Part shown: positions 37,096 through 47,900 of the stretch, one piece after another | How positions within the stretch are numbered: position 1 is the first letter of the stretch | How the letters are laid out: the number at the start of each line of letters is the position of its first letter | Assembly (NCBI GenBank): GCA_043228905.1 | Contig: JBHGNT010000008.1 | Span: 8,804,001 to 8,868,000 of the forward strand | Reading direction: 5' to 3' | DNA from: Azolla caroliniana | Taxonomy: Eukaryota; Plantae; Polypodiophyta | DNA length: 64,000 nucleotides | Translations under genes and position numbers: made by a program | Notes under the pieces: generated by a model | The model's database searches: none | What the model was told of the DNA's origin: nothing | Seen by the model: the letters and a program-made list of their open reading frames with translations, nothing else

Positions 37096-37145
37096 CTTCA
37101 GGAATACTCCTGAAGTTTCTAGAATGTTCCAGAGAAATCTGGAAT
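37096..37145 (-). promoter_or_regulatory. Heat-shock element array adjacent to LTR TATA box (also at 31793-31842)
   Basis: cTTCa gGAAt aCTCc tGAAg tTTCt aGAAt gTTCc aGAGa aATCt gGAAt: 10 in-phase alternating pentamers, 7 perfect; TATAAAA about 5 nt downstream on the minus strand. Confidence 0.8.
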
Positions 37146-37272
37146 ATACATCAATTTCCTAATAAAACCTAAATGAAAATAATATCCTTCAAATTACAAC
37201 TCATAACCTAATGGTAAAGTCTCGACCCGTGTAACAAAAGGTTATGGGTTCGAGTCTAGTTATGACATTGTG

Positions 37273-38367
37273 TAGTACGAGTGCACAGCCTCCCGGAAGA
37301 TTGAGCTCTATGGTGCCGATTCCGATTATAGCACAGTGCTGCGAGTTACCGACTCGAACTGAGTCGGAGTGCCGGTCCGAGTATTGCCGAAGCTGAGATC
37401 GGTGAGGTGTCACATGATACGATGCGCCCGAGTCCAGGAGCCATGTGCTCGATTCCTCAGTCATAAGCAGAACTTCTGATTCGACTAGGTTCTCTATGGA
37501 CAGTATGTTCGGTTCGGTCGTCAAAATTTCGGTTGAAGAGCCAACGTAGTTGACCTCCTCATGCCGGCTACTCTTCTAATCCGTTCTCTGAGCTTTGTCG
37601 GTTTTTGCTTTGAGTGCCCGGCAATCGGCTTTGATGTGTCCCGGTTTTTTGCAGTAGTTGCAGATTCGGTTGTCCTAGGACTTGCTTCGGCTTCGTTGAT
37701 TGTTCAGCGGTCGGGAAGAACTTCTTCCCCGATTGTTCAATCGGTCGGTTGAACCTTGTACTACGTAAGCTTCATCTGCCAAGTCTTTGGCAAAAGACTT
37801 TCTCCGAGCTGCTTCAGTCAGGATTGCGGTCGTGACTTCAGAGTACTTAACGGTAGCTGTTGAAGCATTGCACACAGTTGTAACAAAAGTTTCCCATGAA
37901 GAGGGGAGACTACTCATGAGTATCATTGCTCCGAGTTCATCCTCAATTGTCGTCCCCTGAGACGATATTTGGGAGCTTATGCTTTCGTACTCGTTGAGGT
38001 GTGTCTGAACCGAATCAGATTCTTTCATCCGCAAGTTGTAGAGGCACCGGATCAGATACATCTTCGTTGCGGCAACCTTCTTTTCATAAGTTTCCGACAG
38101 TGTTTTCCAAAGTTCAAACGTTGTCGTGCATGATTGCACTATGAAGTACACTGACTCCGACAAATGTATCCGAATCGTGGCGCGGACGATTCTGTCCAGC
38201 TTTAGCCACTCATTTGCCTTGTATGCTTCTGGAGGATTTTCATTCTCAATCAGGTCTATTTGACCCTTGACTATGAGATAGTCCTGCATTTGTTCCTTCC
38301 AGAAGTTGAAGTTCGAACCATCGAACCTCCTTAGACTTATCTCCGATGAGCCGGATGTTGATGCCAT
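37273..38367 (-). pseudogene. Copia gag-protease of family A element
   Basis: MASTSGSSEISLRRFDGSNFNFW..., CCHC knuckle, WLLDSGASYH; stop at 37675. Confidence 0.9.
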
Positions 38368-39367
38368 CTGCTTTGGTTTCGGTTGGTAAGACTCGGTTCG
38401 GGGTTGACTACGAACCTTAGTGGGGTGTAGCCGGTCGGCTCACCCGATATCGTTCTAGTCGGTTTTGAACCCGAGTCGGTTTGGTTTCGGATACTCGTTG
38501 CTAAACTTGCTCTGAGTGACTCCAGTAACTTGAGGGACAAAACCGGTTGGTCTTCCCGAATGTTGCCGAGTCGGAGTGAGCCCGGTTAACTTCCGATTGT
38601 ATGCCGAATACCGATTACGCTGTCGGGGTTGCTACGCCCTTGCGTGCAGAAAGGAGGAGGGACCACGGGGGTCTTGGACCGAAGAGCAAGAGAGAGAGAG
38701 AGGAGAAGGAGAGACCCGATTACACAGAACCGAAGATTGCACAGGGACACGGCCCAACAAACAGAGATCACAAATAAATGCCGACACAGATGGACGCAAC
38801 CACTGAAGATATGTACTTATGAATGCAAGAAAATAACAGCTAAAGTGTTACAACCCACGGTGGGGCACGAAATAGATACTAACGAAAACGAACAGGGCGG
38901 CGAACAGATGCCGACCCCTGTATGTCGCGACGCACGGAAAGGGGAAAACAGGTCGGAGGTGCTGCAGGGCGCACTCGGGGCGTTCCACGGAACAGCGCAA
39001 GCCTCCTCGAAACCTGCACAGGTACGCGATGGAGCAGAAGACAGAGAGAGCAGGAGTGAGAGAGGAGCTTCGAAATCGGTTCCGCAGCACTTCGTCCTCT
39101 CCGCGCGAGATATCTTTTCCTATTCTTCCTCTTCCTTTTTTATATCCCGTCAAGAGGCCGTTTGGCATTAACTGCATACCAACCGAATCTACCCACCTAG
39201 GATCCTCGTATGTACTTCTTGGCGCGCGTGTGTGTAGAGCCGTTTCCCACGCCTTGTTCCTCCGATTCCTCTTGTGGGCGGTTTTCTTCACGACATCCGC
39301 CCCCACCTAGCCGCGCATCCACCGGTATGCGCCAAATTAAGTTGGCACGGAGAAAACCGGCCCGTCT

Positions 39368-42300
39368 TTACTCTTCGCCTGCCGGCCCTTCCTCGGCCTC
39401 GGATCGGTCGTCGCTGCTGTCCAGGAGAATCGGGTCGGGTTCGTTGTCGTGCCGCTTCTTGAAAGCTTTGATCCTCTTCCCGGCCACGGGTATCGCTATT
39501 CTCGTACCGTCGAGTTCCGCCAGATGATACGTCCCGTTGTCGTTGGCGCTCTGTACCGTGTACGGCCCGAACCATCTCTGTGCGAACTTCCGCGTTGCTC
39601 GGTGCTGGTTGTCGAGGCTGCTGTCGTAGACGAGCACCCAGTCACCTTCGTCGATTTTCTTCGGTCGTAGCCGGTGCGTTCGGTCGAACCGGGCTTTGTT
39701 CTTTGTCCTCGCCACCCGGAGCTTCTCCGTAGCCAGTGCCACGTCCTCCGGTCTCCGCTCGAGCTGTCGTATACGCGCGGCCAACAACTCCTCCCGGCTC
39801 ATCTCGTCCCTCCAGTCGACCGTTGCCCACGAGGAGATCGTCCGTTCAATCGGCATGATCGGCTTCTGGCCGAACATGAGCTCTGTCGGCATGTACCCGG
39901 TTACCGAACTGTGCGTGGTCCGGTCTGCCCACAAGGCATAAGGTAGGAGCCGCGGCCAGTCACCGATTCGGCCTCCGCATGCCCGAACCAACGCCTTGAC
40001 GATCGGTCCGTGTCCGCGCTCCACCTTTCCATTCGCCTCCGGATTGTACGCAGCGGTGAGCGAGAGCTTGACCCCCAGCCGGTCGAACAGCTCCGCGGCT
40101 TCTTCGGCGTCCAACTCCCCTCGGTCAGCCACGATCTTCCCGACGCACCCGTACCGGCATATCACGTCCTCGATCAGGAACCGACACACGGCCGCGGTCG
40201 TCTTGTTCTGAAGGGCTCGGCCTTCCACCTGGTTCGTCAGGTCTTCCCGTGCTAGGACCAGATACCGCATCTGTCCTACCCCCATCGGCATCGTCACCAG
40301 ATCTACCATCCATTTGAAGTGGATCGTCGGAGGGTACGTCGGGTGAAGCCCGTCCCGGTGTCGGACTATCGAGTGCATCTGACAACTCTCGCAAGTTGAC
40401 ACGAACCGATGCACGTCCCGGTACAATCCCGGCCACCAGTACTTCCCCTTCAGCTTCTCAAATGTCGCCCACGTTCCACGGTGTCCAGCCCAAGGGCTGT
40501 CGTGGTAGGCCGCCAGTAGCTCCTCCTGTTCTTCCTTCATCGCCACCACCCGGAGCGGGACGCCGTTCCTCTTCTTCGGGTGCTTCCACAAATGCCCATC
40601 TCGGAGAAAGAATCGATATGCTTTCTTCCGGATCCGGTTGGCCTCGTCCTTCGTCCATGACGCATCGGGCGTCATTGCCTTCAAAAACCCGCCGATCTGC
40701 AGCCACTCCCCGTCGTACTTGCTCGCGTCGAACTCGTTAAGCGCCGGAGTGCTCATCCCGTCGGTCGTTATGTGTGCCGTCTCGAAGAAATCCACGCCGA
40801 CTTCTTCGTCTTCCGAAACCATGCCGCCCTCGTCGTCGAACCTCGCCCTCGAAAGCATGTCGGCCATGGCGTTGTCTTTCCCGGAAATGTGTCGTATTTC
40901 CGGGTCCAGGGACTTGATGTACGCTATCCACCTGAGCATCGCCAGGTCCGGAGTCGCGCATCCGGAAACCATACCGAGAATCGGCAGGCAATCCGTCTCG
41001 ATGATCACCTCTGTCCCTATCAGGTAGTCTTTGTCGGCCTTAACCGCCGAAACAATACCCCAGAGTTCGCGTTTAACCTGGGCGTATCCTCGCTGCCGTT
41101 CACTAAGGACTTTCGCGCCGAATCGGATCGGAAACCGATTGCCGTCCTCGTCTTCCTGGTTCACGACCCATCCGATCCCGGTCGGACTGGTATCCACCGT
41201 TATGAATACCGGGGTACCCTTCCCGTATACCGCCTTCCGGAGTGCCGGTGCCGCTGCAAGGGCCTCTTTCAGCCTCCGGACCGTTTCCGCATGCTCGTCT
41301 AGCCATTCGAACCTTCGCCCCTTTTTCAGCAACCCGTACAGTGGCTCCGCGACGTGTGCGTAATGCGGGATCCATATGTGGTAGAACGCGCATGCCCCCA
41401 GGAATCTCCGTAATTCCGTGACCGAGCTGCAGTCGGGCTTCATCGCGGAGATGGCTTCTACCTTTGCCGGAGACGGTTTCCGGCCATATGGTCCGCACAG
41501 GTGTCCGACCACCATGATTTCTGACTGCCCGAAGGCCGACTTCTCCCCGGAGAAGGTGAGTCTCGCATCCTCTAGCCTTTGCAGCACCTTCTCGCAGTCG
41601 TCGATGTGCGTCGCCACGAATCGCCGGCATCCGTCCGGCCCGATCGTCTCGTCCCTTTCTTCCACCGGGCATCCTTTGATCGGAATGTCGTCCAGAAACG
41701 GCATGGTGATGTCCGGGATACAGTCCCTCAGAACCTTGTTCATCGCATTCACCATGTGGGCCACCGAGTTGGTCCCTCCTTGCGGCAGTGTACACATCCG
41801 AACTAGGCCGAGGGGAGTTCGCATCGTCGTAATGTCTCTGCTCTCCACGGCTAGCTGGAACTGGTCGTACCCTGAGTATAGATCCCCGACCGAGTAAATT
41901 GACCTTCCGGCGAAGGCCTCCGCGAACTCGTCTATGGTCGGTCCGATCCCTGCGTTCCGAATCGTCACTCGATTGACCGGCTGCAGATCCTGGATGAAGC
42001 GCAACGAACCGTTTTTCTTCGGTACGGTAAACCATCGATTCGAATATGGGGCGCTCGACGGCTCGAGAATTCCCATATCAACTTTCTGCCTCAGCAGCTC
42101 CATCAACTTCGGGATGTGAGCTCTCGGAACCGGGATTGGCTTGAGATTCCATGGTACATGCGGTACCGTGAATATCACCATCGGCTCCACGATCGTCGGG
42201 TCAACGCACCCGATTTCCTCCGGCGAGAATGCGAAGGCTTTCCCGTGCCTTCCGAGCATTCTCCGAAACCGGTCTTCCTCCGCCGGCAGTAGGAACCCGC

Positions 42301-42865
42301 CCCCACCGATTTTGAGCTCTCGGAGCGTCTCGTCGGTAAAGGTGTGTCCTATGCAGGCCGGATCTCGTAGACTAGGGTCCGATGCAACCCCTTTGATTCT
42401 CGACGCGCTGTCCTCCGGTAAGGGTGCCGCGACTGGCCTTACCTTCCGGTCCACAGTCTTGTACTTGGTGCTCACGTGGGCCGTCCGAACTGACTCGAGC
42501 CCTCGACCGAAGTCCGCGATGACTTCATACATCTCCTCGGAACACACCGGTATCGTCCGGTCTTCGTTAAGGCCTTCTTCGACTACCTTTCCCAGCATTC
42601 CCAAGGTGTCGTCGAATGAGACCGCCTCCACGGCTCCGTCGATTTCCTCGTCAGGGCCGAGAACTCCGCACGCTCGAAGTCTCCCCTCCGCCTTTCTCTT
42701 CTCTCGGCCGCCGATGCCGACTGTCGTGCACGCTCCGCTGTCGGAGAACAAAAATTCCCTACCTATGGTACAAGGTTTCTTCGGTTTTATCGTACAGGTG
42801 TGGGGTTTTCCCGGGGTGTCCGGACTGTCGCGGCCCCACGCCTTGGCAGTCCTCTCTAAAAATCC
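39368..42865 (-). CDS. pol: RT-RNase H-integrase ORF, predicted -1 frameshift product
   Basis: DLYSGYDQ, LPQG, FLDD, TVDTSP, H-H-C-C finger, YNPEANGKVERGH, WFGPY. The frame is open back to GGATTTT at 42859-42865. Confidence 0.93.
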   Translation of the reverse strand, partial: GFLERTAKAWGRDSPDTPGKPHTCTIKPKKPCTIGREFLFSDSGACTTVGIGGREKRKAEGRLRACGVLGPDEEIDGAVEAVSFDDTLGMLGKVVEEGLNEDRTIPVCSEEMYEVIADFGRGLESVRTAHVSTKYKTVDRKVRPVAAPLPEDSASRIKGVASDPSLRDPACIGHTFTDETLRELKIGGGGFLLPAEEDRFRRMLGRHGKAFAFSPEEIGCVDPTIVEPMVIFTVPHVPWNLKPIPVPRAHIPKLMELLRQKVDMGILEPSSAPYSNRWFTVPKKNGSLRFIQDLQPVNRVTIRNAGIGPTIDEFAEAFAGRSIYSVGDLYSGYDQFQLAVESRDITTMRTPLGLVRMCTLPQGGTNSVAHMVNAMNKVLRDCIPDITMPFLDDIPIKGCPVEERDETIGPDGCRRFVATHIDDCEKVLQRLEDARLTFSGEKSAFGQSEIMVVGHLCGPYGRKPSPAKVEAISAMKPDCSSVTELRRFLGACAFYHIWIPHYAHVAEPLYGLLKKGRRFEWLDEHAETVRRLKEALAAAPALRKAVYGKGTPVFITVDTSPTGIGWVVNQEDEDGNRFPIRFGAKVLSERQRGYAQVKRELWGIVSAVKADKDYLIGTEVIIETDCLPILGMVSGCATPDLAMLRWIAYIKSLDPEIRHISGKDNAMADMLSRARFDDEGGMVSEDEEVGVDFFETAHITTDGMSTPALNEFDASKYDGEWLQIGGFLKAMTPDASWTKDEANRIRKKAYRFFLRDGHLWKHPKKRNGVPLRVVAMKEEQEELLAAYHDSPWAGHRGTWATFEKLKGKYWWPGLYRDVHRFVSTCESCQMHSIVRHRDGLHPTYPPTIHFKWMVDLVTMPMGVGQMRYLVLAREDLTNQVEGRALQNKTTAAVCRFLIEDVICRYGCVGKIVADRGELDAEEAAELFDRLGVKLSLTAAYNPEANGKVERGHGPIVKALVRACGGRIGDWPRLLPYALWADRTTHSSVTGYMPTELMFGQKPIMPIERTISSWATVDWRDEMSREELLAARIRQLERRPEDVALATEKLRVARTKNKARFDRTHRLRPKKIDEGDWVLVYDSSLDNQHRATRKFAQRWFGPYTVQSANDNGTYHLAELDGTRIAIPVAGKRIKAFKKRHDNEPDPILLDSSDDRSEAEEGPAGEE

Positions 42866-44982
42866 TCTCGGTTTTCGGAACCGAGGGAATCACGGTTACG
42901 TTCGTGGTTCGGCCTTACCGTCAGAAACTGGACCGAATGGCGCCCGTCTTGGCTTTTGACCCTCGCGTAGGCCGAACCATTGTCCAGCACTTTGGTCTCC
43001 ATCCGCGCCGCCGTAATGTACGGTTCTCCCAGAATGACCGGGTGCGAAGACGTCTCCTGCACGAAGAAGTGTTGGTCAATCTCGACGTCGCCAATCTTGA
43101 CCCGCACATTCGGACAGGCCCCGTGCAGTTCCTCGGTGGCGCGCGTTGCTGCCCTTATTTTCCACCCGTGCTTGGTGTTGATCGGCCATTTGCCCTTCTT
43201 ATAGAAGTCCATGGACATCAAATTGATCTCCGATCCGTGGTCCACCAAAGCTATCACCGGTTCCTGGACATCGCCGATCTTCACCGGGGTTTCCGTGGTC
43301 GCTCGGGCCCAGTGTGGTCTCGAATAGTGGCTTTCCGCCCACTCGTCTCCCAGCGCCATGTCGTCTAGGTGCGTCGTCCGCACTTCCACCGGTCTTTCCG
43401 GTTCTGTCTCCGTCGACAGCCTCTTCCGTTTCACCAAGTCCACGATGGAGTCGTGGAACTCCTTCTTGGCGATTCCCAGCACCTCCCGTAACGACAGCTC
43501 CACCTTGCTGTCGAGGATCCGTTCCTCCAGGACCTTTCGTAAGTCCGTGGTTCTTTCTATCTCCGTCCCCAGACGGTACCCGCCCTTCTGGGGTTTATCT
43601 CGCGTACCGGCCCCGCCGGCTTCGTCCCGTCGCGGCCCGGACCGGGTCTCGTATCGTTGTGAGGGCCCGGTCGTCCCGGGTTTCCCCACCCGCTTCTCTT
43701 CTACCAGAGCCTCGTAGTTCCGGCAAGCGGCTTCCACGAAGCCCGTCTTCTCCTCGACCGGGTCGCTCCACCCGGTCATCTCCCGTACCCGTTTCTCCGC
43801 ACGGTCCGATTCCTCCCTTTTAAGCCCTGCACCGGCAAGGCCTCCCAGCATCGTCGGCCAGAATCCGGCTTCGCTTTCCCTTCGGGCCTCGCCGCCCCCG
43901 ACTCGAATGCCGGCTGACGCCGAGTAGTGGACGGTTTCCGCGTGTCGGGCCGCCGCCTCTTCCATCACCCTTTTCATACCGCCTTTTCCATCGTTTCGGC
44001 TCAGGGCCCTTCGGGTGTCGCTGGCATGCACCCGTCCTTCCCACAGGTACACCACCCTGTTCCTCAGCGCCTCCGCGAAGTCGCCGCAGTCCTTCCGAAT
44101 GTGGCCGACTTCATCGCACCACATGCACCTGTTTCCTGCCGCCGGCCGTCGGTCACGAGCCGGTTCGCCTCCTTCCCTTCGGGCCTGCGCGATTTGGAGG
44201 TCCTTTATCGCCTTTGTCAATTCCTCCAGCGCCGCTCCTCCGGTTGAGCCTCTGACTACGCCGGTCGGAGCCGAACCGGTATCCGACCACTCTCGGGTCT
44301 CTTCCTTTCGCACCTGTGGCGCTGGATCGAGCTTCCTTGCTGCGACCGAGCCCGACCCGGTTGCACCGTTATCCGCCCATTCTCGCCGTTTGTCGAAACG
44401 GCCACAGACCTTCCTGACAGCCGCCCAGTCCGTAGTGAGCCCGTCTTCGGTTTCCAGCAAGAAGCCCACTTGCTCCCGATCCCGCTCGTCGACCGACTTG
44501 ACAAACAGCAAGACCCGGCTCGTGTCCAGGATGGTTCGGTCAAGCGCCGAAAGGCGCGCAAAGTTTTCCTCGAACTCCCGGAGGAGCGCCGACGCGTTTC
44601 TTCCCTTCCCCGGGGACTCCACCCATTCCATGAACCTTCGCTTCGAAAGCCGGAGCGCGTCGTCCAGCCCGTATTTCTCTAGGAGCCGACCTTCGAACTC
44701 CTCCCAGGTACGGCTCTCCATCCGCACCTCGAGCACCTCCGCGTGGATGCTCGGCATCGCCACTCGGGGAAATCCGGCAAGACGCCTTTCTTCCGGAATG
44801 TCCCGCATCAGCATCTCTGCACCGTAGGACGCCAAATACTTCGTGGCATCCTTCCCATCGAACCGGCCGATCGTGCCGACGACCGCCTCAATAGCTCTGT
44901 CGAGGGCACCGGTGCTCTCGCGCGCGTTTACAATCCGATCCACGGCCGAAGCCATGGCCTCTGCGAGATCCGACCCTCTCAT
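42856..44982 (-). CDS. gag: Gag-protease ORF
   Basis: CMWCDEVGHIRKDC knuckle; ALVDHGSEINL...VILGEP aspartic protease. First ATG near 44982; the track's GTG start overlaps the PBS. Confidence 0.9.
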   Translation of the reverse strand: MRGSDLAEAMASAVDRIVNARESTGALDRAIEAVVGTIGRFDGKDATKYLASYGAEMLMRDIPEERRLAGFPRVAMPSIHAEVLEVRMESRTWEEFEGRLLEKYGLDDALRLSKRRFMEWVESPGKGRNASALLREFEENFARLSALDRTILDTSRVLLFVKSVDERDREQVGFLLETEDGLTTDWAAVRKVCGRFDKRREWADNGATGSGSVAARKLDPAPQVRKEETREWSDTGSAPTGVVRGSTGGAALEELTKAIKDLQIAQARREGGEPARDRRPAAGNRCMWCDEVGHIRKDCGDFAEALRNRVVYLWEGRVHASDTRRALSRNDGKGGMKRVMEEAAARHAETVHYSASAGIRVGGGEARRESEAGFWPTMLGGLAGAGLKREESDRAEKRVREMTGWSDPVEEKTGFVEAACRNYEALVEEKRVGKPGTTGPSQRYETRSGPRRDEAGGAGTRDKPQKGGYRLGTEIERTTDLRKVLEERILDSKVELSLREVLGIAKKEFHDSIVDLVKRKRLSTETEPERPVEVRTTHLDDMALGDEWAESHYSRPHWARATTETPVKIGDVQEPVIALVDHGSEINLMSMDFYKKGKWPINTKHGWKIRAATRATEELHGACPNVRVKIGDVEIDQHFFVQETSSHPVILGEPYITAARMETKVLDNGSAYARVKSQDGRHSVQFLTVRPNHERNRDSLGSENREDF

Positions 44983-47900
44983 TTCCTGCTCTTCTGCCGC
45001 CTCTTTCACGTCGGGTTCACCAAGATGTCGGGGTTGCTACGCCCTTGCGTGCAGAAAGGAGGAGGGACCACGGGGGTCTTGGACCGAAGAGCAAGAGAGA
45101 GAGAGAGGAGAAGGAGAGACCCGATTACACAGAACCGAAGATTGCACAGGGACACGGCCCAACAAACAGAGATCACAAATAAACGCCGACACAGATGGAC
45201 GCAACCACTGAAGATATGTACTTATGAATGCAAGAAAATAACAGCTAAAGTGTTACAACCCACGGTGGGGCACGAAATAGATACTAACGAAAACGAACAG
45301 GGCGGCGAACAGATGCCGACCCCTGTATGTCGCGACGCACGGAAAGGGGAAAACAGGTCGGAGGTGCTGCAGGGCGCACTCGGGGCGTTCCACGGAACAG
45401 CGCAAGCCTCCTCGAAACCTGCACAGGTACGCGATGGAGCAGAAGACAGAGAGAGCAGGAGTGAGAGAGGAGCTTCGAAATCGGTTCCGCAGCACTTCGT
45501 CCTCTCCGCGCGAGATATCTTTTCCTATTCTTCCTCTTCCTTTTTTATATCCCGTCAAGAGGCCGTTTGGCATTAACTGCATACCAACCGAATCTACCCA
45601 CCTAGGATCCTCGTATGTACTTCTTGGCGCGCGTGTGTGTAGAGCCGTTTCCCACGCCTTGTTCCTCCGATTCCTCTTGTGGGCGGTTTTCTTCACGACA
45701 ACGCGAAACCAAATGTTTGGGCCGATTTTGCTTCGGATGACTGCAGCGATGAGAGGGATGGATCCAACTGATCCTCCTGAATGTCAATCAGCCGAGTGAA
45801 GCACGAAGTGGTTGTTTCCGGGAGACCAATCTACAGCGGGTGGTTACAGCAAGCGGGTGAATAGCGTCTGATGACCTATTCGGATGTTGTTTAACCAAAT
45901 GAAGCACAATTGGGTCGGTTGTTGCTCAAGGAGCTCCCCTCAAGCAGTTACAATCACAGGAACAGAGAACAACCGACTGGCTTACTCCAATTTGTGATTT
46001 AACACAGTGAGATGTGAGCTCTTGTCTTTTTCTTCTCTCTTCTCTGTTCTTCAAAGAAAATGAAATCAAAATGTTGTGTTGTGCGATGACGGCCGACATC
46101 GGGTTGAAGAACCTCCAGCGCTCTGATACCAAATGTTGGGGACAAGGCTGTCAATGCGGAAGTGCAAGAAACATTTGTGATGAAGAAGAACCTGTGTATG
46201 CACGAGCAAGATAGACACAGAGGGAGAGAGAGAGAGAGAGAGGCACGAAGGAAACGTTATATTCTAATAGCAACAGTTACAAATGACAACCAACCTTTAC
46301 TAAAGGTTACAAAGTCACTTTATATAGTGACTATCCTAGGGCAACTGCCCTTTATGCTATTTACAGAAATAGCCCGAACTTGGGCTATCCAAAGGGATGG
46401 TGTGAATACGGCCATTATACACTAGTATTCGACACTTCGAGTCGAGTTGGTGTCGCCAATGCGTAAAGGGTGTCGTAATCCATTGTGCCGCTCACGTATC
46501 GTAATACTCGCTTAGTGCAATCGAAATGGATATCTCGTGGAGTTTGCGTGAATTGGCTAAGGAGGCCGACCGGATACCTGAGGCCCGGTCACGTGATCGT
46601 GAGATAGATGAGGCTCCCGATCTGTTGTCGATATTGAGTCGGCTCACACTCGTTTGTGCCAAAGTCAGCATCTAGTTTGAGGTTTCGATCGAGAGGGGTT
46701 GCCATAGATTTGCACTCAGCCATCCTGAACTTGTATAACAAGTTGAGGATGTAGTGCCGTTAAGATACCATAATGCCAGTCGGAATCCAAGTTACTTTGA
46801 TTCCAAGGAAGTAATGGAGCTCCTTCATGTCCGTCATCTCGAATTTGCCGGAGAGGAGGGACTTGACCTTGTTGACATTTGAAAGTTGATTTGATGAAGA
46901 TATTGTGTAATCTTCAAATGCGAAGAACGCGGTGCTTGCTTGAGGCCGTAGAGTGGCTTCTTGAGTCAGCACACGGCTTTCAAATGAGTACGCAATTTGA
47001 AACCGGGTGGTTGTACCATGTATACCTCCTCTTCTAATTCTCCTTGAAGAAAGGCGTTCTTTACGTCCATCTAATGGAGGTGCCACCCTTTCGCCACTGC
47101 GAGTGCAATTACGGTCCACACAATTGTCGTCTTTGCCACCGGGGCAAATGTCTCTTCGTAGTCGATTCCATGTGTTTGCACATATCCTTTTGCTATGAAT
47201 CGAGCTTTGTAACGATTTACGAAGCCGTCAGCATTATACTTCACCTTGTAGATCCATCTGCAGCCAATTGCCTTCTTGTGCGGTGAGTGGGGAACGAGAT
47301 CCCATGTCTCATTCTTGGAGAGTGCTTGCATCTCCTCATTCATCGCTTCAACCCATCTGGGGTCCTTCGCGGCTTCGGAAAACGTTTTCAGCTCCCATAC
47401 TATCACTACCTTCATCATAAAGGCATAATGGTATGCCATATAATCATTGTAACTAAATCAGCTTACGGGGTTCTTTTCATGGGTGGATCGCCAAAGCTTC
47501 TCGTTTGCGGATACTAAGGCTTTCTTTGCTCTATTTGTCCGGATGTTAAGGCCTTCGAACTCACTATCGAGGGAGTGAGTCGATTCGTTGCCATCGAAGT
47601 GATCATCTTCATACTCCGGCATTTTCGCCTTCCCTTTGTCCAGCTTTGGAGTCGGCCGAAATGTATTTTGATCGCTCGGGAGCTCTTGTGGCCCACTAAG
47701 CCTTGTCGTAATTGGCTTTTCTTCAAACATTTGCGTAAGATGATCTTTATCTTCTATCTCTTGTTCGGTGGATTCTAGGTCGAGCGGAATTGAAGCCAAA
47801 GTTGTCTTTGGTGCGTACCAAGATGCGGACTTGTCGAAAACGACATCTCGACTTACTCGAAATTTTTGAGTTGAGGGGTTATAGCACTTGTACCCCTTTT

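Larger units (their letters stand above)
31502..37267 (-). mobile_element. Intact Ty3/gypsy chromovirus (Tcn1-like)
   Basis: LTRs 31502-31964 and 36799-37267 differ by eye only in (GA)16 vs (GA)19; TSD TTGTG; PPT AAAGGGGGGATAG at 31965-31977; intact gag and pol. Confidence 0.97.
38621..45700 (-). mobile_element. Intact Ty3/gypsy element, non-chromovirus, tRNA-Trp-type PBS
   Basis: 675-bp LTRs (38621-39295, 45026-45700) with one substitution seen; 4-bp TSD ACGC; PBS TGGTGAACCCGACGTGA at 45006-45022; PPT AGGTGGGGGCGGA at 39296-39308. Confidence 0.96.
28067..46434 (-). mobile_element. Ty1/copia element (family A), full length, with two gypsy insertions
   Basis: LTRs 28067-28369 and 46134-46434; TSD CTTCC/CTTCG; PBS TGGTATCAGAGC at 46120-46131; PPT ACGGGGGAG at 28370-28378. 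Confidence 0.93.

Noticed and set aside
39400-45600. Many long overlapping or antisense ORFs
   Set aside because: Expected shadows of GC-rich gag/pol coding sequence; no recognisable motifs.
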